Positions 49,580 to 62,222 of a stretch of 64,000 bases of DNA are shown here, in pieces. Origin of the DNA: Eledone cirrhosa (Eukaryota); the NCBI GenBank assembly GCA_964016885.1, contig OZ024744.1:70990001-71054000 (forward strand). Reading direction: 5' to 3'. Both the position numbers and the translations under genes were made by a program. Positions within the stretch are counted from its first letter, which is position 1. Each line of letters begins with the position of its first letter. The notes below the pieces were generated by a model. The model did no database searches. It saw only the letters and a list, made by a program, of their open reading frames with translations, and was not told the origin of the DNA.

Positions 49580-50571
49580 ATAAGTTCGAAGAATAATCAC
49601 ACGAAATTTATCCAATTTTTTTCTTCTTAGTCGGTAAAAATCAATTAGATAAATAATCATTTAAACGGAGCTAAGTTTAAAATGTAACTTTGAAGAAATA
49701 ACAGATAAATGTTATCAATATTTCTTTATGAGGAACAGTCAGATAAAATTTATCTAGTCTTTCATCTTAGTCCATAGAAATTAACTAGACAAATAATCAA
49801 TTAAATGGAGCTAAGTCTAAAATGTAAGTTTGAATTAAAAAAATAGATAAACGTTACCATAAATTCTCCCAGTCCCGATTATCGATAGTTTTGCTCGTAC
49901 CTTGTGGAAATGTCTAATCGTTGCTTTATCCATGAAGCTCCAAGGTTTTCAAGAGACTCCCTCAGTTAGGACCAAATTTTCTAAAGTAATCTGCGCCAGT
50001 AACGAATTCAAAAGGGGTGAAAAACATCATGTGGCTAGCGGTCAAGATAGAAGTGTTGTGAAGGGTAGGCCAGTGGCAGGTAAGTTGATAGAAGAAGCAA
50101 TTAGTTACCTCCTAAAATTTACTCAAGCGTAAGCGAGTATAGAACAAAGTCATAAGGACATATATATATTTAAACATAGTCGCAGATACATATTTGAGTG
50201 ACTACCTTCAACGATGTGGCTCGATGAGTGAATCATCATCATCATCATTTTACGTCCGCTTTTCCCTGCTTGCAAGGGTGGGATGGGAACTGATTCTGGC
50301 TTGATTTCTACAGCTGGATGCCCTTCCTAACACCAACCTCATTTACAGTGTAGACTGGGTTCTTTTTTTCCGTGGCACCTCCACGACCACTTTGCAGTGG
50401 AATGATAGGGACCCTAGTAAACAGCTGAGTAAACTGGAACAATGTGAAATAAAGTGTCTTGCTCAAGGAAACAACACATCACCAGGTCTGAGAATTGAAC
50501 TCACAACCTTTCGATTGCAAGGCCAATGCTCTAACCACTAAGCCATGTGCCTCCCACTTTATTTATATATA

Positions 50572-53540
50572 TAAGAGAGTATTGAAGTTTGCTTGAAGCA
50601 TTGTGGAATAATAAGTAAATATCTTTAAGTCGTTTGGAAGCCTCGACAATGCAAATGGGTAAATCTCCGGGTAACAAGATCCGGTGGTGGAGAGAGAGAT
50701 GTAAGTGGGTGTACGTTGAGATGCGTGGTGTGTATAAGATGTGTAAGATGTGTAGAAGAATGAAGGGAAGATTATAAAGGATAAAACAACACAAGAGAGT
50801 TACCTTGGGAGAGATTTAATAGTCCCTATATAGTTCGGATTCACATCCATCAACTGGGGTTTTTTTCCGGGGTGGGGGAAAGGTTGTCTGTCGGACAGGT
50901 GCGAAACGCGTCCTCCGCTGTTTGTTGTTTTAAATATCTGAGGTATTCGGCAGAGCGCGCGTGCGCGTGAAATGGGGTCGGTCGGGCAGAGGTCAGCGGC
51001 CGAATGAGGGAGTGGGGTGGCGCTAGCTGTCAGTCCATTCTCTGCCTGTTTGTTAAATGTTACTGTGTGTATGTGTGCGTGTGTTGTTGTCTCGCTTGAG
51101 TGTGTGTGTGTGTGCGCGTGTGTTGTAGCCTTGTTCCTCTGTATTGGCAGTGTAGTATGTTCGTATGGTGGAATGCTACTGTGTGTGTGTGTAGTTGTCT
51201 CGTTTGTGTGTGTGTGTGTGCGTGTGTTGCATGTTGCTGCATCGTTTGTTAACTTAAACCAGCCATCTCATTTCGCTTCTCTCTGATCGGTTGTTTATTT
51301 GCGGTTGCAGGCGTTTGATAAAAAGCGCTTCCTTGATACGTAACGTGCCAACGTTTCTTTCAGTCGCTAGAATTGTGACAATGGGCCTTCCGTCTTTGTT
51401 TCCGCATTTGTCTATGTGTTTCCGGAAAGACGAGGCCCTGGTTTTAGTGTGTTCCTTGATCCGGATGTGCAAAGGTCAGATTGTGCTACCTATGTAGTAT
51501 TGGTTGCACCTGTCACATTCTATCTTATACACATTCTATCTTATATTCCTAGCCAGAATACTCAAACCCATCTTAGACACCTTGCCGGGACACGTTAACA
51601 GCTCCGAGGAGGTGTTGAAGCGCCTGCATCAAATGGATCCCGACACCAGAAGGAATAACAGATATGCCTTCAGCCTTGATGTAGTCGCCCTCTACACCTC
51701 GGTCCCGGCGCTCCCGGCCGTCAATATACTAATGGAACGCGTCCAATCCACCGACCTACACTGCGTCGGGCTCACCACCACTGACATTCACCAACTCCTA
51801 TCCATCGCCATCGACAACACCTACTTCGGATTCCTTGACCAAACATACCAACAAACCTCGGGATTGCTCATGGGATCAAGCCCATCAGGTGTGCTAGCGA
51901 TCTCTTACATGGAGAACCTCGAACGCAAGGCACTCAACGCCTGCCACCCCAACGCCGTAGCCTTTTTCTCAAGGTACGTGGACGATATCCTCATCCTCAC
52001 ATCTTCCCAAGACACGGCGAACAGAATCTATGAGACGTTCAACAACACGGACGAGAACATTGACTTCAGTGTTGAACACCCCAACGAAGACGGGTCACTT
52101 GCCCTCCTCGACTTCCGAATCAACATCACGGAACAGGGAAGGATCCACTGCAACTTCTACCGAAAAGCAGCCTGCAGGGACCTGTTCGTTCACTACAAGT
52201 CCGCCCTCCCTAACAGTGCCAAAAGAGGATACATCACGAACGAGATCGCGCGAATCAAAAACAGATGCAGCGATCCCGCGAGTGGTGTCACTCATACCAA
52301 GCGATTCCTCGAGGTGCTGGAGACGAACGGGTACCCTACCTCGATCACAGACAGAATAGGAGACACCAGACACAAGAGACAGAGAGGCACCCAAAGCAAG
52401 TGCTTCCTTAAAATGCCACACCTGGGCGAGAATACCACCAACGCTATCCGCAAGGCTATACGGAGGGAGGGTCTCGACATCCATCTGGCCCACTCGGACC
52501 CCTCCCTGCGAAGATGCCTCTTCCAGGAAACCCGGGAAATCTACTGACGCATGCTCCCTCAGAGACTGCCCGATACGCCATGCGAACTGTTGCCTACGCA
52601 CATACGTCGTGTATAAGATAGAATGTGACAGGTGCAACCAATACTACATAGGTAGCACAATCCGGCCGTTGCACATCCGGATCAAGGAACACACTAAAAC
52701 CAGGGCCTCGTCTTTCCGGAAACACATAGACAAATGCGGAAACAAAGACGGAAGGCCCATTGTCACAATTCTAGCGACTGAAAGAAACGTTGGCACGTTA
52801 CGTATCAAGGAAGCGCTTTTTATCAAACGCCTGCAACCGCAAATAAACAACCGATCAGAGAGAAGCGAAATGAGATGGCTGGTTTAAGTTAACAAACGAT
52901 GCAGCAACACACAACACACGCACACACACACACACACACACAAACGAGACAACTACACACACACACGCACACGCACACAGTAGCATTCCACCATATGAAC
53001 ATATTACACTGCCAATACAGAGGAACAAGGCACAACACACGCACACACACACACTCAAGCGAGACAACAACACACGCACACACACACACAGTAACATTTA
53101 ACAAACAGGCAGAGAATGGACTGACAGCTAGCGCCACCCCACTCCCTCATTCGGCCGCTGACCTCTGCCCGACCGACCCCATTACACGCGCACGCGCGCT
53201 CTGCCGAATACCTCAGATATTCAAAACAACAAACAGCGGAGGACGCGTTTCGCACCTGTCCGACAGACAACCTTTCCCCCACCCCAGAAAAAAACCCCAG
53301 TTGATGGATGTGAATCCGAAATATATAGGGACTATTAAATCTCTCCCAAGGTAACTCTCTCTTGTGTTGTTTTATCCTTTATAATCTTCCCTTCATTCTT
53401 CTACACATCTTACACATCTTATACACACCACACATCTCAACGTACACCCACTTACATCTCTCTCTCCACCACCGGATCTTGTTACCCGGAGATTTACCCA
53501 TTTGCATTGTCGAGGCTTCCAAACGACTTAAAGATTTATA
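50572..53540 (+). mobile_element. Penelope-like retroelement, 5'-truncated, with an inverted copy of its 3' end (inverted pseudo-LTR)
   Basis: 50622-51532 is the reverse complement of ~52608-53535; both ends abut TA-rich tracts. Confidence 0.95.
51545..52887 (+). pseudogene. Penelope RT + GIY-YIG endonuclease, single +1 frameshift at ~52521
   Basis: FSLDVVALYTSVP, QTSGLLMGS, RYVDD, LLDF, FYRK. Removing one T gives ...RCLSRKPGKSTDACSLRDCPIRHANCCLRTYVVYKIECDRCNQYYIGST...RIKEH...EALFIKRLQPQIN. Confidence 0.92.
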
Positions 53541-56500
53541 TATATATTTATTTATTTATTATAAGAACAGATTTAAGTTTAAGCAAAGAATCACTGCTTT
53601 CACCCTTAACGGGATCTTCTGAAACTCATATATATATATATATATATATATAATCAAGGTTTAGCAAATAGAGAAAAAGTTTTAAAATAAATTTTTTAAA
53701 GTTTACTGTACCTACTATATTTACCCTTACCGTGCGGTTTCAAGTCTCAAAATAAATGGATAATCCATGTGGACTACCATTGAGAAGGAGGGTTCTTCTC
53801 ACTCGGAGAATATAAAATTCCCAAATTCAAATCACGAACTGGCGCCATACAGAACTGTTCCCAGATGAGACTGTATGATAAAGAAACAATCTTGTCTAGT
53901 GCCGTGTGTAAAGATAGAAGGCAAGGGTGGAAAGGTCAATGTCCTGCCACTAGAAATAGCAGCAGTTAAAACAACCAAAATGTTATCTTGATCTTAGGGG
54001 AGATTAATATTAATAAAGTATGTTTTCCTACATGCAAAAAATGCATATAGGGATACATGTATTATCCAACCGTATGCCAATGTGGTTCTATGGCAGGTTA
54101 ATAAATTAATGAGCCAGAACATATATAATCAAGGTTTAGCAAATAGAGAAAAAGTTTTACAATAAATTTTAAAAAGTTCACTGTACTTACTATATTTACC
54201 CTTAGGTATGTATGCATTTTTGGGGGACACCCTGTATATATCATCATCAACATCATCATCATTTTACGTCCGCTTTTCCCTGCTTGCAAGGGTGGGATGG
54301 GAACTGATTCTGGCTTGATTTCTACAGCTGGATGCCCTTCCTAACACCAACCTCATTTACAGTGAGTGCTGGGTGCTTTTTTGCCATGGCACCTCCACGA
54401 CCACTTTGCAGTGGAATGATAGGGACCCCAGTCCCTATCATCTCATTTCTACAGCTGAGTAAACTGGAGCAATGTGAAATAAAGTGTCTTGCTCAAGGAA
54501 ACAACATCACCAGGTCTGAGAATTGAACTCACAACCTTTCGATTGCAAGCCCAATGCTCTAAACACTAAGCCATGTGCTTCCATATATATATATAAATTA
54601 AACAATGTTCAACTTTTATATATATGACCCTGCAGGTATTGAATACTCAACGACATGTAATAAGATATCACCTTTCCACAAAAACAAATTTCACTTTGTT
54701 CTGACAAGATATTCATATCTACACTTCATTGAATTTTCATTGAATTCTAATAATAAGGTTAGATAAACATGACAAACACAGAGATATAATAATTGTTTCT
54801 ACTTTTGGCACAAGGCCAGCAATTATCCCAGTGCATTACTGGTACTTTATTTTATCGACCACATAAGGATGAAAGGCAAAGTTAACCTCAGCGAGATTTG
54901 AACTCAGATCGTAAAGGGACGTAACTATGCTGGAAAGCATGGCGTCGAACCCTCTACCGATACTGCCAATCCACTGTCATATTAGTTGGATGCTTATTAG
55001 AAAAGGAAAATAGATGTTTCAACATATCGGGCATTAGTCCTTCATCAGAAAAGGGCCAAGTTTGGAGAAAGAGGAGGTTGGAAGTTTGAGGAGAAAAAAG
55101 ATTCCATCAGGATATATCATCATTGTTTAATGTCCATCTTCCATGTTAGTATGGGTTAGACAGGTCGTTCCATTTGAGGTAAGTTGGGTCAGGTGACCAT
55201 GTCATACTCATACAAGACTGTTTCTGGCTAGGTTTCTATGGCTGGATGTCCTTCCTAAATCCAACCACATTTAAAGTGTGTGCTGGATGCTTTTTGCCGT
55301 GACTCTTACACAACCACTTTACTGTGTGGGCTGGGTGGTTTTTGTCATGATACCTACATGACCACTTTACAGTGTGGGCTGGATATGTTTTGTTCACAGT
55401 ATAAGGGTGGTGTGGGTAGAAGTGGGTGGGTGGTATAGTGGTTAGGAGGGGCCTACTAGTATGTTTGAGTCTGTGCACATGGAAAGACATGTCTTCTGTA
55501 TTACTACATAATGCCAAAGATCTCGATTTATATATTGGAAGGATGATACTGTCAGTAAAAACACATGCACCAGTTTAGTTTCATTTTGATTTCATTATTC
55601 ATCAGGTAACTAATCTATTCTTTAGTTAGTTTAGAAACTGAATGGTTATTTAGTTGTCAAAGTTCTTTCATCACACAATCTATGGCATTCTCAATGATTA
55701 TGTTTGCTACTTTGTGTCTTCTCCTTATTTTGATTTTGTTTTATTTATTTCATCCTGTCTTTCTGTGGTTTTAACACAATTGCGTGTCAAGAAACTTGCA
55801 AAACAAATACATAAAATAAAGTATATAATGTGGATAATACTCTAACTTGATAACCTGACAATGTCTCTAGTGATGGTGACACACAAAAAGTATTCATGTA
55901 GGGCACATTGAAATCTGGTAGTACTGGTGACACAATAATATACACTCAATACACTCTGTAAAGTGGTTTGCATTAGGAATGGCATCCATTTGTAGAAACC
56001 ATGCCAAAACATGGAACATGAACAAGGTTTAGTTACTATGTCTTGGACCGTGATAATATTTGTAACCCATGTGACATGATGATGAGGTTAATATACACAG
56101 ATACACAAACAAGAGGGCAGAATTGCAGTCACTGACAAAACCATGACAGTGAGTATTGGCAAAGGTTAATTAAGGAGTAACTTTTGTAGGAAGAAGTGGG
56201 TCATATTGGTTGACTGGACCTTGAAGGACAAGAGTCTCAGCTACAGAGGCAGTGGATGAAGAGGAATTATAATTAAGAGATTAGTGTGACTGGGATGGGT
56301 TGACATGAAATAGAAATAGGAACAAGAGTTGATAGGTTTATAAAAGATAGAGGTGGAGAGGTGGAGATGGTGACAAGAAATGAAAGTGTCTTGGTAGTTC
56401 TTATTGTTGTTGTTGTTGTTATTTAATCTCAGGTAGGGTAGTGAATTGACAGAGTCATTAGAGTATCAGACAAATGCTTAGCAGTATTTGTTCTGGTTCT

Positions 56501-57129
56501 TTACATTGAGTTCAAATCCCACTAAAACCAACTTTGCCTTTCATCCACTCAAGATTAATAAAGTACCAGTTGATATAATTAGTCATTTCTACTTTAGGCA
56601 TAAGGCCAGCAATTTTGAGGGGAGGGGAAAGTCATTAAATCACCCCTAGTGTGTTACTGGTACTTTATTTTATCGACCCCGTAAGGATGAAAGGCAAAGC
56701 TAACCTCAGCGGGATTTGAACACAGAACGTAAAGGGACGTAACTCTATACTTGAAAGCATGATGTCCAATGCTCTACTAATACTGCCAATCCACTAGTTG
56801 ATATAATTACTGCTCCCTTATGATTCCCCCTAAATTGATGGCTTTGTGTTTAAATTAGAAACTGTTATTTAGTCCCAGGTCAGTTCCAATCAAGTGGATC
56901 TATGGCTAAAAATAATCCAGCTATAATCATGCCATCCAGTCTTTTTCCTATATACAAAAATAACAGAACTACATTATCCTGTGTGTTCTTTTTTTTCTCC
57001 AAGACATTAGAGTGTGATTTAAAGGAGATTTGGCTGCTATTTCTAGCAGCCACACAGAAGCTCTCTCTCATTGGCTTCAGATATAAGATGACAGAAGTGG
57101 TAGATATGGTAGAGGTGAATCTTATGCAG

Positions 57130-57400
57130 CAGCCAGTCTGAGAAAGGGACCCCCGTAAGGTGGCGTGGCTGTTACAGCAGATGTTGCTGGTCATTGTCTA
57201 TGGAAATGCCTTTGCCATTTTGTACATGGGGCACAGCTGAACCACCGCTCTGATTTAGGTGTAGTGTCTGTCACCCTTTCCCCTTCCCCTTTCTTTCTTC
57301 TGTTGCCTAATAGTCCTTACTCTTTTCCCTCTTTTTCCTCTCATTTATGTCATTTGTAGTCCTTTCCAATACAACTTTCTTTTTCTATATGTTTGATTAA
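57130..57400 (+). mobile_element. CRE-like element 3' end (same family as 37370-39940)
   Basis: WLLQQMLLVIVYGNA-like remnant and a shared 3'UTR (TAGTCCTTTCCAATAC). Confidence 0.6.
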
Positions 57401-57849
57401 ATATTAAATTCTTTATTATTTTTATGTAATTTTATCTTAGGAATATATTTGAGTACTTTGAAATAGAATAATGAAAAAGTAAAAATAATTTTTTTAATTT
57501 CTCAAATAAAAGGCGGTGCCCCAGCATGGCCTCAGCCTGCTGGTTGGAACACATAACAGAGTAATAGAGCAAGTCTATCAGTCAAAATGGAAAGTTTTTT
57601 TTTTTTTCCATCTGACAAATTGAACTGAAAGGCTCCCTCATTCAATAAAGGATTCTGATGGTAATGTAGAAATTTCTTTTTCACAACACACTGACATGCC
57701 CCAGATTTTGTTTCTGGTATATTTAACCCTTGACATTGCAGAACATTAGTAGTCATCTGGAATTCTATTGAAGATATTTGTTTATTTATTAGAAGAGTGT
57801 TGGTAAGTACTCTTTACATACACACAATTACACATACCATCACACATAC

Positions 57850-58180
57850 ATATATAGACGAGTTGAGAAAGAAACTGGGTATAAGAGGGATAAGTTGTGG
57901 TCTGCAGGAGAGAAGGCTGAGATGGTATGGACATGTGATGCACATGGAGGATGACCGCTGGGTAAAGAAAGGCCAAGAAATCCCAATAGAAGGAAGACAC
58001 AGTAGAGGTAGACCACGAAAAACATGGGCGGAGGTGGTGAGAGCAGACCTCAGATCGCTGAAACTCACCAAGGAGATGACGAAGGACCGTGACAAGTAGA
58101 GAGATGCTGTGCTGAATAGGACCCATCCAACCCTTGCAAGCAGGGAAAAACAGACGTAAAATGATAATGATGATGATGAT
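57850..58180 (+). mobile_element. RTE family B 3' fragment
   Basis: IDELRKKLGIRGI...RLRWYGHV...GRPRKTW; (ATG)n tail. Confidence 0.9.
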
Positions 58181-58203
58181 ACATACATATATATGCATGT
58201 ATA

Positions 58204-59102
58204 ATCATCATCATCATCTTCGTATAACGTCCATTTTCCACGCTAACATGGGTTAGACGGGAGTTGCCCCACGAGGCAAGGTTGGTCGGGTGACCGTGTC
58301 TCACTCGTATAGGACTATCTGGCAGGTTTTCTACGGCTGGATGCCCTTCCTAACACCAACCACATTTACAGTGTGGAACTGAGAGGTTTTTACCGTGTTA
58401 CCTACACGGCCACATTACAGCGTGGACTGTGTGTTTTTTTCTCGTGACACCTACACAATCTCGATCTCATTATCTCATTTATTTGGACTGGATATTGTGG
58501 TACCAACTCTACAGAGAGAGGGTGGTGTTGGTGGGAGTGGGAGGATAGGGTAGGGGTAGTGGATTGGGGTATATATTTGGTTAAGAGGTTTCTACTGAAT
58601 GTAGGTTTCGCTTTGTACATAGGCAAGGTAGGTCTTCTGTATTACTGCGTAGCGCCAAAGATCTCGGTCCAGTGACATTGTTTTAGAGAGGTGCAAGTGT
58701 GTAAGGTCGGAATTTATCAGATCGTCCCAGGTTTTACTGGGTCTACCTACTCCGTAACTACCATCAATTTTGATCGCCCTGCACTTTTTTATACAGCTGT
58801 CATCTTTCATGCGCATATCACGTGGCCATACCAACGTAGTCTTCTCTCAAGTAAACAGCATCTGATCCCTCTTATTCCTAATTTCTCACTTAGTTCATTT
58901 ATGCTTTGCCGTTCACGTATATTACTATTACACATCCAACGGAGCATGCAAGCTTTGTTCCTTTCCAGTCTACACAGGTCCTCTGCACGTAATGCCCATG
59001 TCTCACTGCTATGTAGCATTGCTGTTCGTATACAGGCATCATACAATCTGCCTTTCATTTTTAGAGAGAAACCTTTTGTGGCCAACAGCGGTATAAGCTC
59101 TC
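58204..59102 (-). mobile_element. RTE family C 3' fragment
   Basis: ATKGFSLKMKGRLYDAC...RLRWYGHV...GRPSKTW; distinct 3'UTR ending (ATG)n. Confidence 0.88.
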
Positions 59103-59111
59103 TATATATAT

Positions 59112-59574
59112 GTCATCATCATCATCATCATCACCGTTTTACGTCCGTTCTTCCACGCTAGCATGGGTTAGACGGGTTGTCCTGTTGTGGGCAGTGTCTG
59201 GTCGGCTGACCATGCCTTGCTCATACAGGAACTGATCTGGCTTGATTTCTACAGCTGGATGCCCTTCCTAACACCAACCTCATTTACAGTGAGTGCTGGG
59301 TGCTTTTTCGTGGCGCCTACACGTCCACTTTACAGTGTGGGCTGGGTGCTTTTTTGCCGTGGCACCTCCACGACCACCTTGCGGTGGGGGGGGGGGGCAT
59401 ATTGTTTATATGCTTCAGCATGTACCCATGGGAGGTCGGGTACCCTGTATTACTGCGTGACGCCAGAAGTCACGGTCGTGTGTCATTGACTTTGAGAGGT
59501 GTAGTTGGGTAAGGTCGGCTTTTATCACCTCATCCCAAGTCATCTTGGGTCTCCCCACTCCGCGGTTTCCATCA
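59112..59574 (-). mobile_element. Very young RTE 3' fragment, essentially identical to 1694-2150
   Basis: Reverse-complement match by eye apart from poly-C length; flanked by (TA)n. Confidence 0.95.
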
Positions 59575-59962
59575 TATATGTATATATATATATATATGTG
59601 TGTGTGTGTATATCTATGTATATGTAATGTATATATATGTATGGTCCCATAACTCCTGATAGAGTCGTAGGGTGCCGTATATGACGTTTCTTGGGAATTT
59701 TAAGCCTGGCAGAGCCCATCACTCTCCAGGCCTGAGTGTAGCAGATTTCTTCCAGAGAAAGATAGAAAGTGTGAGAGAGAGAGAGAGGGGGGGGGGAGAA
59801 TGAGAAAGAGATACAGAGGAAGAATCGACTCCAACACTAGACTGGTACTTTTTTTATCGACCTCGAAAGGATGAAAGGCAAAGTTGACCTTGGCGGGATT
59901 TGAACTCAGAGAGAAGAGAGCTGGAACGAATACCATAAATACATATATATATATATATATGT

Positions 59963-60066
59963 ATATATTATAAAGAGTCGGGACCTGATGGCTGATTCTG
60001 GAGTCTGGAACTAGCTGTTGAAACCGCAAGAGCTCAGCTGTCGGGTCCCAACTCTTTATAATATAT
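59963..60066. repeat. Short fold-back palindrome (~33-bp arms), same family as 60831-60985
   Basis: ATATATTATAAAGAGTCGGGACCTGATGGCTGA / TCAGCTGTCGGGTCCCAACTCTTTATAATATAT, followed by ACTCTACTACCC..AAGTATTGAGTACTCTG. Confidence 0.8.
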
Positions 60067-60610
60067 CCATACTCTACTACCCCCAAGTATTGAGTACTCT
60101 GTTGAGTACAGGTGTGAAAAAAACTATATATTTTTGCCTGTCTAAAATTCCAGTAGTAAGCAAGAGGAAGCATTGTTGTCCTGATGAAAGCCAGAGCTCG
60201 AAATACATAAAAAATTATCCTCTGCTGCTTCTGCTGGAATCTGCTAGAAGGCGCTGGCCATCAGCCTTCTATTCATAGCTGAGCTTTCAAAATGTTTATT
60301 TATTAAACATACCGTATATCTTTAGATATATACATATATCTATACAGCTATGCATACATATATGTATACATACATATATGTATACAGCTATGCCGAAGCT
60401 AAATTTTATATATATACTAGACAACCCGCGACCCGTTGGGTCACGTTCACTTCAGAATATTTTTTCACTTAAAAATAATTTTTAAATAATTAAAATATAC
60501 ACAGACATATATATAATGTGAAATGAAACTGGAAGGCCCATATATATATATATATACGTGTGTGTATGTATATATATATAAATGTGTGTGTGTATATATA
60601 TATGTATATA

Positions 60611-60681
<71 letters not shown>

Positions 60682-60724
60682 CACATGCTAGCGTGGAAAA
60701 TGGACGTTAAACGAAGATGATGAT

Positions 60725-60787
<63 letters not shown>

Positions 60788-60790
60788 GTA

Positions 60791-60830
<40 letters not shown>

Positions 60831-60834
<4 letters not shown>

Positions 60835-60944
60835 AAAAAGTATTACCCCGACGGCAGAGCTCAAGCCGTTTCGACGGCTATTTCTGTCCAGAAATAGCCG
60901 TCAAAACGGCTTGAGCTCTGACGTTGGGCTCATACTTTTTCCTA
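60831..60944. repeat. Fold-back palindrome (~56-bp arms, 2-nt apex) next to (TA)n
   Basis: TAGGAAAAAGTAT...CAGAGCTCAAGCCGTTTCGACGGCTATTTCTG-TC-CAGAAATAGCCGTCAAAACGGCTTGAGCTCTG...ATACTTTTTCCTA. Confidence 0.9.
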
Positions 60945-61020
60945 TTTCCCACTCTACTACCCTAAGTATTGAGTACTCTGGTGCGTTATGGTCCATCTGG
61001 TTCCTTACACAATTCCTTTG

Positions 61021-61055
<35 letters not shown>

Positions 61056-61526
61056 GGTGTCTGTGATCTATATACACTGGTCATAGACACACACATATAT
61101 ATATATACACACACACTGACATATATATATATACACAACAACACCACCAGCTCTCTCTCTCTCTCTCTCTTTCATTCTCCTTCTCTGTCTCCTCTCCCTC
61201 TCTCTATGTCTCTCTTTCAATCTACTCTCTCACAACCACTACCTATTTCTCTCTATCCTTCTCTCTCTCTCTCTCTGTTTATGAAGGTACCTTTGACTCT
61301 TACGCCACTGGACAGCATTTAGTTTGAGTCAGATGCCGTGACCTCAGGCAGACGAGCAGTACTGTTGGTAAGGGTCAAAACTGCCAAAGTCTACCTCAAC
61401 AGCTGATGAACTGGAGTTCTGTGTTCTTCGTTTGTACTTGTATTTTTATTTTTTTATTTTTTAATATTTCCCCTTAAAAATTGTTTTTCTTTCATTGTCT
61501 TGTCCTCTCTTTGTTAATTTTTTAAA

Positions 61527-61607
<81 letters not shown>

Positions 61608-61682
61608 CATTCACACACACACAGACACACAGACACACACACACACACACGCACACACACATATGCACGCGCACACACACAC

Positions 61683-62179
61683 ATCATCATCATCATCATC
61701 ATCATTTTACGTCCGCTTTTCTCTGATTGCAAGGGTTAGACGGGTGCTATTCAGCATCTCTCCACTTGTCACGGTCCTTTGTCATCTCCTCCATGAGCTT
61801 CGGCGATCTGAGGTCAGCTCTCACCACCTCCGCCCATGTTTTTTGAGGTGTACTTCTACTGCGTCTTCCTTCTACTGGGATTTCTTGGCCTTTCTTTACC
61901 CAGCGGTCATCCTCCATGCGCATCACATGTCCATACCATCTCAGCCTTCTCTCCTGCATACCACAACTTATCCCTCTTATACCCAGTTTCTTTCTCAACT
62001 CATCCATGCTTGATCGTTCACACTCAATGACATTGCACATCCAAAGGAGCATGCTTGCTTCATCTCTCTCCAGCCGTTGCATATCCTCTGCAGTTACTGC
62101 CTGTGTCTCACTATCATGCAGCTTCACGCTCCTCACACAGGCTCCATATAACTGGCCTTTTGTACGCAGGGAGAAACCT

Positions 62180-62182
<3 letters not shown>
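61683..62182 (-). mobile_element. RTE family B 3' fragment
   Basis: LHDSET...RLERDEASML...RLRWYGHV...KTWAEVVRADL; the 5' end abuts (TA)n. Confidence 0.9.

Positions 62183-62222
<40 letters not shown>

Noticed and set aside
51545-53300. Selenocysteine/SECIS-type Penelope (Naiad) recoding
   Set aside because: No in-frame TGA in the reconstructed ORF (the TGA at 52545-47 arises only from the +1 frameshift), and I saw no convincing SECIS by eye.
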